Shown: piece by piece, positions 42,904-52,771 of the stretch | Position numbering within the stretch: the first letter of the stretch is position 1 | Layout of the letters: every line of letters starts with the position of its first letter | Source: an uncultured Bacillales bacterium | GTDB taxonomy: Bacteria > Bacillota_I > Bacilli_A > RF39 > UBA660 | Direction: 5' to 3' | Assembly (NCBI GenBank): GCA_946624985.1 | Contig: CAMOSQ010000003.1 | Coordinates: 1,255-65,254 of the forward strand | Length of the DNA stretch: 64,000 bases | Program-made: the position numbers and the translations under genes | The notes under the pieces: generated by a model | What the model was told of the DNA's origin: nothing | Databases searched by the model: none | Seen by the model: the letters and a program-made list of their open reading frames with translations, nothing else

Positions 42904-44004
42904 TTATATTGCTTCTTTAAGATCTCTTATGTATAAATTTTCTTTTTCTATTATTTTAACTTTTTTATCTATTTCACCTTTTACATTTTTCATTTTTATC
43001 GCATTTGTTACTACGACTATTAGACTAATTATTACGTATAAGTAGAATGTCACACCTCTACTTAATAACATTGATGCACTTATTAAATTTTTCCCAAATG
43101 CATTTTCAAATATTTTTAGGAATATTGTTTCACTTATTCCTATTGAGCCTGGTAGTGGTAGTGCTGAAACTGTTGTAAATAGCACTGCTTGCATAGTGAA
43201 AAATTGGAAGAGATTATATGAATTTAGTCCTAAAGCTTTATATATGCAATATGGAACTGAATAGTAGAATATTATTTGTATAAATCCTCTTATAATCGCT
43301 TTTATAAATTCATTCATATGTGTTTTAATAAATTCTGAACTTTTGTTATATTTTTTTAGTCCTTTTTCTATTTCCATACGTTTTTTATCAAGATTTTTAA
43401 TTTTTAATTTTTTTAGAATTAACATAAATAAATCTGTTATTTTTTTTGTTAGTTTTTGTGAGAATACGCATACTAGTAGGAAGAATAGTGCGGCTCCATT
43501 TATTGTTATTCCAACTAAGTATATCCATATAAGTCCTCCTTTTAGTGTTGAAGGATTTAGTATTGCGCAAATTATTCCTAAAGTTATTGTGCTGATTTGA
43601 AATCCACATAATATTATAAGTGATGACATAGTTGCTTTTGGTCCTGATATTTTTTCTTTTGTCATATAATAGATTTCAATTGGTTGTCCACCTGTTGCTG
43701 CTGGTGTTATTGAACTAAAGAAGAATCCAATTAGTGTAAATTTTAATGCCTTTAGTAATGATATTTTTCTTTCTCCTAATGCGTGTAATATACATCTTAT
43801 ATTATGTGATTCAGTTAAGTGATATCCTAGCATTAGTAGTGCTCCTAGTATTAGATAAAAAATATTTGTTGATTTTATATTATTTACTAGATCTTCTAAG
43901 CTTTGATCTTTAAAAATGAACCAAAATGTAATTACAATTAGTAATATAAAAAATATTAGATTTCTTATCATTCTTAGGTCTATTTTTTTTCTCATTTCAT
44001 ACAT
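42904..44004 (-). CDS. Flippase-like (UPF0104/LPG-synthase TM domain family) integral membrane protein
   Basis: It has 8-10 TM helices and a basic N-terminus. Its general resemblance to the YbhN/MprF-TM family is weak. Confidence 0.45.
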   Translation of the reverse strand: MYEMRKKIDLRMIRNLIFFILLIVITFWFIFKDQSLEDLVNNIKSTNIFYLILGALLMLGYHLTESHNIRCILHALGERKISLLKALKFTLIGFFFSSITPAATGGQPIEIYYMTKEKISGPKATMSSLIILCGFQISTITLGIICAILNPSTLKGGLIWIYLVGITINGAALFFLLVCVFSQKLTKKITDLFMLILKKLKIKNLDKKRMEIEKGLKKYNKSSEFIKTHMNEFIKAIIRGFIQIIFYYSVPYCIYKALGLNSYNLFQFFTMQAVLFTTVSALPLPGSIGISETIFLKIFENAFGKNLISASMLLSRGVTFYLYVIISLIVVVTNAIKMKNVKGEIDKKVKIIEKENLYIRDLKEAI

Positions 44005-44123
44005 CTCCCTTTTTTTTATTTATTTTATCATATTTAATAAAAAAAACATAATATATTTTATTATTTCTTGATTTTATGTTAAAATATATTAATAATTGTT
44101 TTGAATGTGATGGAAGTGAAAAA

Positions 44124-46433
44124 ATGAAGAAAATTGGTTTAACTTCAGAAGAAGTAAAAGAATTAGTTGATGCAGGTAAAACAAATTTTATAAAGGATAA
44201 ATCTAGTAAGAGTATTTTTCAAATTATATTTTTTAATGTTTTTACATATTTTAATGGTATTTTTTGTTTTCTTTCTATTCTTTTAATGTTGGTAGGTTCT
44301 TTTAAGAATTTAGCATTTCTATTGGTTGTTTTTTTAAATATAATAATTGGAATTATACAACAGTTGCGTGCAAAAAGAGTTTTGGATAAACTTGCATTAT
44401 TGGATTCTTGTGATTATATTGCGGTTAGAGATGGTGAAGAAATATCTGTTTCTTCTGAAATGCTTGTATTAGGTGATGTTATAAAGCTTCAAAGTGGGCA
44501 ACAGATTCCAGCTGATGCTGTTGTTATTTCGGGTGAAGCTTATGTTAATGAATCGTTATTAACTGGTGAGGTTGACGAAATTCAAAAGAAAAAGAATAGT
44601 GAATTAAAGTCTGGTAGTTTTATAGTTTCTGGTGATGTTTTTGCTAAACTTACTAAGGTAGGAAAGGATTCTTATATTTATCAATTGACTGAGAAGGCAA
44701 AGGAAGTTAAAGAAAAAAAATCTGATATGATATCTGATATAGAAAAAATAATTCGTGTTGCAGGATTTTTAATTATTCCGATTGGATTGTTATTAATGTA
44801 TCAGTCTGTTTATGTTAATGGATTATCTTATAAGGATGCTGTAACCTCAATGGTTGGTGCGATAATCGGTATGATTCCTGAGGGAATGTATTTATTGGTT
44901 ACTGTTGTTTTTGCACTTAGTTCTTTAAGATTGTCTAAAGTTAGTGTTTTGTTACATGATATGAAGTGTATCGAAACTTTAGCGCGAATTGATGTTTTAT
45001 GTGTCGATAAGACAGGAACTATTACATCAAATAAGATGAGTGTATCTGATGTTTTTGGTAGCTATAAGGAAAGTAAAAGTGATATTAAGAATGCAATTAG
45101 TGTTTTTTCTAAGTATGTGAATACTATCACGGATAATAATATTACTATTTGCGCTCTTAGGGATTATTTTGATTGTGATGATAAAATGGAATATGAGGAA
45201 ATTGTTCCTTTTAGTTCTAAGAAAAAGTATTCTCAAATTTCAACGAGTGATTCTATTTATAGATTAGGTGCTCCTGAGTTTCTTTTGTCAGATGATATAA
45301 TGGATAAAAATAGGAGTTTAATTGAGAATTATACTAGTAATGGGGAACGTGTAATTGTTTTTACTAAAGAGGTAAATGGTAATAATGTTCCAATATTATT
45401 TGTTAGTCTTTATAATGAAATAAGAGATACTGCTCAAGAAATATTTAAGTATTTTCAGACTCAAAAAATTAATGTAAAGGTTATTTCTGGAGATAATCCT
45501 TTGACTGTTTCAAAGGTTGCATTAGAAGCAAAAATTAAGAATGCTGAAAAGTATATTGATGCAATTACCTTGGATTCTTATGAAAAGATTTGTGATGCCG
45601 TTAAAAAGTATACTGTTTTTGGTAGGGTTAAGCCTGAGCAAAAGCAACAAATAATTAAGGCTATTAAGAGTATGGGATTAAAGGTAGCTATGACAGGTGA
45701 TGGAGTTAATGATATTCTTGCGATGAAGGAAGCTGATTGTTCAATTGCAATGGGTGAAGGTAGTGATGCTGCTAGAAAGGCATCGCAAGTTGTTTTATTG
45801 GATTCAGATTTTTCTCATATGAAGAATATTGTATATGAGGGTAGAAGAGATATAAACAATATAACTAGATCTGCGTCTTTGTTTTTATATAAAAATATTT
45901 TTTCTCTTCTTTTATCTGTTTTTTCAATAATTGCTGTTTTTAAGTATCCTTTACAACCAACTCAGATTTCTATGATTTCTATGTTTAATATAGGGTTACC
46001 TGCATTTTTGTTAGCAATGGAACCAAATGAAGAAAAACAGGAAAGAAAGTTTTTGACTCAGGTTTTAATTAATTCAATTCCTGCAGCACTTACATCATTT
46101 TTTACTATTGTTGCGATGATTTATTTTGCTGATTTATTTGATATTTCTAGTATAGAAGTTGGAACAGCAAGTGTATATTTGATTTCTGTTGTTGGTTTTA
46201 ATATTTTATGGGATATTACAAGACCGCTTAATAAGTATCATATAATAGTATTTATGATATGTGTTTTAGGTATTGTTTTGTGTTCAAGATATCTTTATAA
46301 TATTTTTGATATTGAAGATATATCAATTAAGGCTACTGTTTTATGTTTTGTTTTTGCGATTGCTGAGATGACTATCATTAGGGATATAAGATATTTTATA
46401 AATCTTTTTATGCAAAAAAAACGTAAGGTGTAG
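44124..46433 (+). CDS. P-type cation-transporting ATPase (P2/P3-like, HAD)
   Basis: The phosphorylation site is DKTGTIT and the hinge is GDGVNDILAMKEAD. There are TM segments on both sides. The ATG at 44124 has a GGAAGTGA RBS. Confidence 0.9.
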   Translation: MKKIGLTSEEVKELVDAGKTNFIKDKSSKSIFQIIFFNVFTYFNGIFCFLSILLMLVGSFKNLAFLLVVFLNIIIGIIQQLRAKRVLDKLALLDSCDYIAVRDGEEISVSSEMLVLGDVIKLQSGQQIPADAVVISGEAYVNESLLTGEVDEIQKKKNSELKSGSFIVSGDVFAKLTKVGKDSYIYQLTEKAKEVKEKKSDMISDIEKIIRVAGFLIIPIGLLLMYQSVYVNGLSYKDAVTSMVGAIIGMIPEGMYLLVTVVFALSSLRLSKVSVLLHDMKCIETLARIDVLCVDKTGTITSNKMSVSDVFGSYKESKSDIKNAISVFSKYVNTITDNNITICALRDYFDCDDKMEYEEIVPFSSKKKYSQISTSDSIYRLGAPEFLLSDDIMDKNRSLIENYTSNGERVIVFTKEVNGNNVPILFVSLYNEIRDTAQEIFKYFQTQKINVKVISGDNPLTVSKVALEAKIKNAEKYIDAITLDSYEKICDAVKKYTVFGRVKPEQKQQIIKAIKSMGLKVAMTGDGVNDILAMKEADCSIAMGEGSDAARKASQVVLLDSDFSHMKNIVYEGRRDINNITRSASLFLYKNIFSLLLSVFSIIAVFKYPLQPTQISMISMFNIGLPAFLLAMEPNEEKQERKFLTQVLINSIPAALTSFFTIVAMIYFADLFDISSIEVGTASVYLISVVGFNILWDITRPLNKYHIIVFMICVLGIVLCSRYLYNIFDIEDISIKATVLCFVFAIAEMTIIRDIRYFINLFMQKKRKV

Positions 46434-46526
46434 AATTATGGAGTTAATGTGTTAGCTCTTTTTTATTTAGTAAGTTGATTTAATTATATATATTTAGTAT
46501 AATAATTAATGTTTTAGGAGGCTAAA

Positions 46527-47447
46527 ATGAATAAGAAAATAAAGTTTATTTTTTGTATAATATGTTTTATTTTATCTTGTGTAAGTGTTTTTTTAATTAA
46601 TTTTATTGATTTGTTTCCTAAGAATTATTTAATAGTAATTATTTTTAGTTTTCTTTTTTTTAATATTTTAATATTTTTGTTTAATATATTTAATAAAAAA
46701 GTATTAAATATTATTGGTATTGTTTTGGAATTTATTCTTGCTATAATTATATTATTTTTGTTTTTTAGTCCTATTAAGATACCTGTTTTAACTTATCATG
46801 ATTTTACCTTAGTAAATCCTACAAATGAAATGCAAATAAATAAGAAAGTTTTTGAAAAACAGATGATGTATTTAAGTAAAATGGGGTACAAGACTTTAAA
46901 ATTAAAGGATATAGAGTGTTTTATTGAAAGTAAATGTAATTTATCTAGAAAATCAGTTTTAATAACTATTGATGATGGGTGGAAAAGTGAGTTGGAAATT
47001 GCGCTTCCTATTTTAAAAAAATATAATTTAAATGCAGTAATTTTTTATCTAGGTGAAAATGTTGATGGTAAAAATCAAAATTTTATGAATTTAGATGATT
47101 TAAAGAGGATTGAGGATGAATATGATAATATAGAGATTGCTAGTCATAGTTATTCTCTTCATTATGATGATGCATATATGCTTGATTTAAGTGAATTTGT
47201 TAGTGATATGAAAAAGATGAAGAAAGTTGTTAATTCAAAATATTATGCATATCCTAATGGAATGTATTCTCAAAAATATATGGAAGCATTAGAAAAGGAA
47301 AAGTATAGTTTGGCTTTTACTTTTGGACAGAATAATACTCATAGAAAATTAACCCAAAAAGATAATAGGTACGAGCTTCCTAGACTTAATTTTAGTACTG
47401 ATATGCCGTTATGGAAGTTTGTACTTAGATTAAATTGGTATAAATAA
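46527..47447 (+). CDS. Polysaccharide deacetylase (NodB/CE4 domain) with N-terminal TM helices
   Basis: The TIDDGW motif is followed by His-containing motifs (ASHSYSLH). Confidence 0.75.
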   Translation: MNKKIKFIFCIICFILSCVSVFLINFIDLFPKNYLIVIIFSFLFFNILIFLFNIFNKKVLNIIGIVLEFILAIIILFLFFSPIKIPVLTYHDFTLVNPTNEMQINKKVFEKQMMYLSKMGYKTLKLKDIECFIESKCNLSRKSVLITIDDGWKSELEIALPILKKYNLNAVIFYLGENVDGKNQNFMNLDDLKRIEDEYDNIEIASHSYSLHYDDAYMLDLSEFVSDMKKMKKVVNSKYYAYPNGMYSQKYMEALEKEKYSLAFTFGQNNTHRKLTQKDNRYELPRLNFSTDMPLWKFVLRLNWYK

Positions 47448-47855
47448 GTAAATTTGAGTCTATTTAATTGTTATTTGTGTTATAGTGTTTGTGTATTTTA
47501 TAATAACTTGGAGGTATTTGTATAGGAAGTATACAACATATTTATAGTCCAGATATGTGGAAAGTAGTTTTCGAATGAAAAAGTAAGATTTTATCTGGTG
47601 ATTATATATATAAAATAGTAATTTGATGGTGTGATGATGAAATATCGTGTGGAGAAATTGTTGAGTTTATTTCAAAACAGGTTATGACGATATATTAAGT
47701 GGGAAATATTTTGTTAAGGTTTTTCCTTATCATGAGAAAAAGAATGTTGTTATCGATGAAAACGAAAATATAATATCTTTAATAAGAGGTGTGAAAGATG
47801 TATTTTGAAAAAAATGATTAAGGATATTAAGTGATTTAAAAATATGATATAATAA
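47448..47855. other. About 400-bp non-coding stretch of noticeably higher GC/complexity than the flanks
   Basis: It holds only very short ORFs in any frame. There is no recognisable RNA-family motif such as RNase P, SRP or tmRNA. Confidence 0.3.
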
Positions 47856-48737
47856 ATGAAGAGTGATATCATGAAAAAATTATTTGGTGAAATTAATTTA
47901 ACATGGAAAAAATTAATTATTTTTTCGATTATAGCTGGAGTGTACACTGGTGTTATGGCAATGCTTCCAATTGCTGAAAATACCTCATTAGAGGATATAA
48001 GTATTTCATTTGAAGTATGGATATTATTTGGTATATTGATTATTATGAATAGTAAGTCTGCAAAAGATTCGGCATTAAAATGTTTTGTTTTCTTCTTGAT
48101 AAGTCAGCCTCTTGTTTATTTGGTTCAGGTGCCATTTAGTAATTTAGGATGGGGAATATTTAATTATTATAGAAACTGGATTGTTTGGACTATGTTAACA
48201 ATACCAATGGGATTTATTGGTTATTATATGAAAAAGGATAAGTTGTGGGGATTATTAATATTGGTTCCTATGTTAATATTTTTAGGTATACATTATAGTA
48301 ATTTTTTAGGAGAAACTATATATTATTTTCCATTTCATTTATTAAGTTGTTTATTTTGTTTTTTTACAATTTTAGTTTATCCTATAGTTATATTTGAAAA
48401 TAAAAGGATTAGGATTACTGGTGTTATAATAGGTATATTAATAATTCTTGCGATGAGTTTTATTCCACTATCTAAAGGAACTGTATATAATACAATTGTT
48501 TTAGTAAATGACGGTTCTGCGAGTGCAGTATTTGATGATAGTTATAAAGTTTATTTAAAAGATAGTAAGTTTGGTAATGTACATATAGAATATGACGAAT
48601 CACTTGATGATTATGAAGTTGTTGCAGAGTTTAAGAGAGGCGGTAAAACAGTTTTAATACTTGAAGATTCAAAGGGTAATAAAACTGAATATGATCTTGA
48701 TATAAAAAGGGACAAATATGATATAAATAAAAAGTAA
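47856..48737 (+). CDS. Hypothetical polytopic membrane protein
   Basis: 293 aa with about 7 TM helices and a soluble C-terminal tail. Confidence 0.4.
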   Translation: MKSDIMKKLFGEINLTWKKLIIFSIIAGVYTGVMAMLPIAENTSLEDISISFEVWILFGILIIMNSKSAKDSALKCFVFFLISQPLVYLVQVPFSNLGWGIFNYYRNWIVWTMLTIPMGFIGYYMKKDKLWGLLILVPMLIFLGIHYSNFLGETIYYFPFHLLSCLFCFFTILVYPIVIFENKRIRITGVIIGILIILAMSFIPLSKGTVYNTIVLVNDGSASAVFDDSYKVYLKDSKFGNVHIEYDESLDDYEVVAEFKRGGKTVLILEDSKGNKTEYDLDIKRDKYDINKK

Positions 48738-48874
48738 TATTAATGATGATGAAATTATAATTAATTTCATTTTTTTTGATAAAATTTGTTGAATAGGTGG
48801 TTCGTAGTTATGGTGATATTAATTGTTTTTAAAGTTCTTAAAAATAGAATAATTATGGTATAATGTTCTATGAA

Positions 48875-48975
48875 TTGGAGTTGAACCAAATGAGCGAAAA
48901 AAAAGGGTTTAATAAAACTAATATCAATTGGTATAATCCGACTTATGGAAAACCACTAACAAACTCTTATAATTA
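48875..48975 (+). repeat. Copy A of the rbgA translation-initiation region (RBS + first codons), ending in a 28-aa remnant ORF
   Basis: GGAGTTGAACCAAATGAGC...AATAAAACTAATATCAATTGGTAT is identical over 24 nt to the start of rbgA at 53285-53308. The remnant ORF is MSEKKGFNKTNINWYNPTYGKPLTNSYN. It is preceded by an extended -10 (TGGTATAAT at 48850-48858). Confidence 0.7.
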
Positions 48976-49037
48976 AAGATATTTAACTCAATTTCTTTTT
49001 ACATTTTGGAAGAAAAAATAGTGAAAAAATTTAAAAA

Positions 49038-50117
49038 ATGAGTGTAGTTACGACTTATGGAAAACTAAGATTTCAGATAAAGGAGATGATAATTTTGGCA
49101 AAAGATTTAATGATAAGAAGCAGTACTGAAGAATTTATAACATTTAAAATTAAGGAAAAGGAGAAAGGTATTCAAGTAAGATATGAAAATGAGACTTTAT
49201 GGATGACACAAAAAGCTATGGCCGAATTATTTGATGTTGAACAACCTGCAATAGCAAAGCATCTTATAAATATATATAATGAGAAAGAATTAGATAAAAA
49301 TTCAACTTATTCCAAAATGGAATTAGTTCAAAAAGAGGGAAACAGAAATGTTAAAAGAAATGTTGAGTTTTATAACTTGGATGCAATAATTTCAGTTGGA
49401 TATAGAGTAAATTCGATAAGAGCAACACAATTTAGAAGATGGGCAACTAACATTTTAAAAACATTCACTATTCAAGGATATGTTTTGGATAAAGAAAGAA
49501 TGAAAAACGGCTCATTTATTGATGATGATTATTTTGAAAAATTATTAGAAGAAATTAGAGAAATAAGACTATCAGAAAGAAGATTTTATCAAAAAGTAAC
49601 TGATATTTATGCTACAAGTATAGATTATGATGCTAAATCTCCAATTTCAATTAACTTTTTTAAAAAAGTTCAAAACAAAATGCATTATGCGGTATCTAAA
49701 CAGACTGCTGCAGAAATTATTTATGATAGAGCAAATTCAGAAAAAGAACATATGGGACTGACTTCTTGGAAAAAATCTCCTAATGGCAAAATAATGGAAT
49801 CTGATGTTGTAATTGCTAAAAATTATTTATCTAAAGATGAAATAAAAGATTTAGAAGGAATAGTCAGTGCTTTTTTAGAAATAGCAGAAAATAGGGCTAG
49901 AAGGCATATCCCAATGACTATGGAAGACTGGGCAACTTAATAGATAAATATTTATTACTTGATGATAGGGATATATTAAAAGATGCTGGTAAAATATCAC
50001 ACGAGATTGCTTGTGATAAATCATTAACAGAATTTGAAAAGTATAGAGTAAAACAAGATAAGCTGTATAAGTCAGATTTTGATTTATTATTGGAAGAAAG
50101 TAAAAAGGGTGATTAGA
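49038..50117 (+). pseudogene. RhuM-family (virulence_RhuM) protein gene, apparently frameshifted near its 3' end
   Basis: The 300-aa ORF 49038..49940 carries the RhuM core (ENETLWMTQKAMAELFDVEQPAIAKHL; FYNLDAIISVGYRVNSIRATQFRRWAT). The typical RhuM C-terminus (LLLDDRDILKDAGKISHEIACDKSLTEFEKYRVKQDKLYKSDFDLLLEE...) continues in the +1 frame from 49942 to the TAG at 50115-50117. Confidence 0.65.
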
Positions 50118-51005
50118 TGGTTAGAAAGATTATATTCTCATCTTGATAATCCAAATGAGTATGTGATTTTAGAAGGAGCACAAGGTTGTGATTTAGATTT
50201 AAATCATAGTGGTAATTATCCATATGTTACAAGCAGAAATGTTTCTACATCCCAATTACTAGCTGATTCAGGGATATCACCAGAAAGATTATTACAAACT
50301 ATAATGGTTATTAGGCCATTTCCTATTAGAATAAGTAATATTACTAAATTAGGAGATATTATATATACTGGTGCGTATGGAACTGGTCAAGAACTTACAT
50401 GGACTGAAATCAATGTTGCGGCTCAATTTGGATGGTATCCTTATAAAGAAATGTTAGATGATTTTAAAATTGAATATGAAGAAGATGAATTTTTAGAATA
50501 TGTAAGAGAAGATATATTAAGATGTCCTGAAATATATTTAAAGCAAATATTTGGAGATAAATATATTAATCCTACTGATGTAACTTTATTACAAGCATTA
50601 GAAATGGAAAGATTATATTATAAATCAATCGGTGAAAGAGAATATGAAAGTAACTATATTGAATTGCCTTTAACTGAATCAAAAGATTGTCCTACATGTA
50701 TTTATGATTTATCTGAACAAACTACTGTTACAAAGATGGAAAGAAGAATCTTTGATTTAGATATAAGAAAATTAATTAATAACTGTCGAATTAATACACC
50801 ATCTAGTTTATATTTAAATTTCTTTCAACATTTAAGTTATGCTCATAAAGGTTTAAATGGTAATTATGATGATATATATTTTGATAAACCATTAAGAGTT
50901 TATCTTGATTGGCTTGAAAGTGAAACTGGTATTGATATATCTACTTTAGGTACTGGTGCTAGAAATGATGAAAGAATAAAAAGAAAAGAATTAATAAAAA
51001 GATAG
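50079..51005 (+). pseudogene. Adenylosuccinate synthetase (PurA/PurZ)-like ORF lacking the N-terminal GTP-binding half
   Basis: VILEGAQGCDLDLNHSGNYPYVTSRNVS...ADSGISPE matches the PurA IMP-binding signature (LLEGAQG..LDIDHGTYPYVTSSN...ATGSGLGP). That motif normally lies about 220 aa into the protein, but here only about 25 codons precede it. Those codons overlap the RhuM tail and begin at a TTG. Confidence 0.5.
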
Positions 51006-51087
51006 GCTGGCCATATGACCTGGTAATGTAGAGTTGTAAATTGATTACAATTAATTTAAACCCCTAATAAATGTTATAAATTTAGAC

Positions 51088-51118
51088 AGATTAGTACAAA
51101 ATCTGCCTTTTTTATGCT
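51088..51118 (+). terminator. Terminator closing cassette 1
   Basis: CAGATT-agtacaa-AATCTG followed by CCTTTTTT. A TATAAT box at 51118-51123 lies immediately downstream. Confidence 0.6.
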
Positions 51119-51135
51119 ATAATTTTAATGATTTT

Positions 51136-51246
51136 AAAAAGGAGTTGATCCAAATGAATGAAAATAAAACTAATATAAACTGGTTGTTTACGATTTATCC
51201 AAGAATAGAAGAAAACCTAGGTAAAACAAGGGATTGTGGGATATAA
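51136..51246 (+). repeat. Copy B of the rbgA start-region repeat, with a 30-aa remnant ORF
   Basis: AAAAGGAGTTGATCCAAATGAATGAAAATAAAACTAATATAAACTGGTT is 47/48 identical to copy C. Its first 10 codons MNENKTNINW are the same as rbgA's, and it then diverges (..LFTIYPRIEENLGKTRDCGI*). Confidence 0.75.
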
Positions 51247-51382
51247 CATCTTGCAAGTTTTATATAAAGTTATGTTAAAATAGGGAAAAAATAATAAAAA
51301 ATGACTATTTTTAATGCAAAATATAGTAAGAAGTTTAAAGGTGATTACACCACCTAATAATAAGAATATTGAGGTAAATTAT

Positions 51383-52159
51383 ATGATTCACATTATGAAA
51401 TTGAAAGAACAATATTTCAATTATATTAGATATGGAACTAAGGAATATGAAATACGCTTAAATGATGAAAAAAGAAAAAATATAAAAAGTGGAGATTTTA
51501 TTGAGTTTCAAAAAGAACCATTTTTAGAAGAAAAAATGCTAATAATGGTTGATGACATATTACATTATGATAATTTCAACGAATTATTTAAGAACATAAA
51601 CATTGAGTTTTTAGCAGATTCATCAATAACAAAAAAACAATTAAATGCAGATTTAGAAAAATTTTATTCAATAGAGAAGCAAAAAGAATATGGTGTTGTT
51701 GCTATTAAGTTAAGAAAAGATATTGTAATTAATAATTCAAGTATTAATAATATTTCTTATAATGATAAAATTTTTGATATTTTAAAAAATAATTATTATA
51801 GTTTTGATTGTTGGTTTGATAAAATGAAATCTAACAATATTGATATATACTATACAAAGAAAGATAATAATATGACATCAATTATGATGTTAAAACTTGG
51901 CGAAACAGATTCTCAGCAATTTCTAGAGAAAGGCAATAAATTAAAAATTAGAACTCTTTTGGTTAATGATAAGAACAAAGGAATAGGGAAAACGTACATG
52001 AGTATTATTGATGACATTGCTATTAATAATAATATAGATTATATTTATTTAACCATAAAAAAAGATAATAAAGAATTAATTGATTTTATGAAAAGGTATG
52101 GATATAAGGAGTATAATCAATATAACGATGAATTTGTATATTATAAGGAGTTAAAATGA
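51383..52159 (+). CDS. ASCH-domain + GNAT acetyltransferase fusion protein
   Basis: The N-terminus MKLKEQYFNYIRYGTKEYEIRLNDEKRKNIKSGDFIEF is the ASCH/PUA-like beta-barrel signature. The C-terminus has GNAT motif A (NDKNKGIGKTYMS) and motif B (LIDFMKRYGYKE). The ATG at 51383 has a GAGGTAA RBS. Confidence 0.65.
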   Translation: MIHIMKLKEQYFNYIRYGTKEYEIRLNDEKRKNIKSGDFIEFQKEPFLEEKMLIMVDDILHYDNFNELFKNINIEFLADSSITKKQLNADLEKFYSIEKQKEYGVVAIKLRKDIVINNSSINNISYNDKIFDILKNNYYSFDCWFDKMKSNNIDIYYTKKDNNMTSIMMLKLGETDSQQFLEKGNKLKIRTLLVNDKNKGIGKTYMSIIDDIAINNNIDYIYLTIKKDNKELIDFMKRYGYKEYNQYNDEFVYYKELK

Positions 52160-52539
52160 GTATAATCTTAATGTCAATTAAACCTGAATATGTAGATAAA
52201 ATATTTACTGGCGAAAAGAAATACGAATATCGTAAAAGAATGTGCAAAGAAAAGATTGATACAATTATCGTATATTCTTCATCTTCAATACAAAAGGTTG
52301 TAGGAGAATTGAAAATAAAGCAGGTTTTATATGATAAGAAAACTATTATATGGAACACAACGTATAAGCAAGGCGGTATAACGAAAATTAAATATGATAA
52401 ATATTATGAAAATTGTGATTATGCTGTAGCATATGAAATAGAAAAATCAATATTATATGACAAACAAAAAGACTTAAAAGATTTTAATGTTAAAAAGGCG
52501 CCACAATCATATGTGTATATTACAAATAAAAGGAGTTGA
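52156..52539 (+). CDS. Stand-alone ASCH-domain protein
   Basis: MSIKPEYVDKIFTGEKKYEYRKR...IIVYSSSSIQKVVGEL is the ASCH signature. It overlaps the upstream gene by ATGA. Its stop codon lies inside repeat copy C. Confidence 0.6.
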   Translation: MSIILMSIKPEYVDKIFTGEKKYEYRKRMCKEKIDTIIVYSSSSIQKVVGELKIKQVLYDKKTIIWNTTYKQGGITKIKYDKYYENCDYAVAYEIEKSILYDKQKDLKDFNVKKAPQSYVYITNKRS

Positions 52540-52637
52540 TCCAAATGAATGAAAATAAAACAAATATAAACTGGTTGGCTTGTATTTATGCCGTACATCA
52601 CTTAAAGCCTTATAAAATGGGGACTTTTAAGAAATGA
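52528..52637 (+). repeat. Copy C of the rbgA start-region repeat, with a 30-aa remnant ORF
   Basis: It has the same 48-nt core as copy B. The remnant ORF is MNENKTNINWLACIYAVHHLKPYKMGTFKK*. Its downstream 80 nt are homologous to those after copy B, and both end at ATCTTGCAAGTTTTA. Confidence 0.75.
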
Positions 52638-52771
52638 GATCTTGCAAGTTTTAATAAAAAAAGAAGAAAAATTTGAAAAAACAGGTCAAGAATTACTCAT
52701 TTTTGAGGAGAATTAGGGTACTGGCTTGTAATATGCCGACACATTTAATATTTATAAAAAGAGGTGATAAA

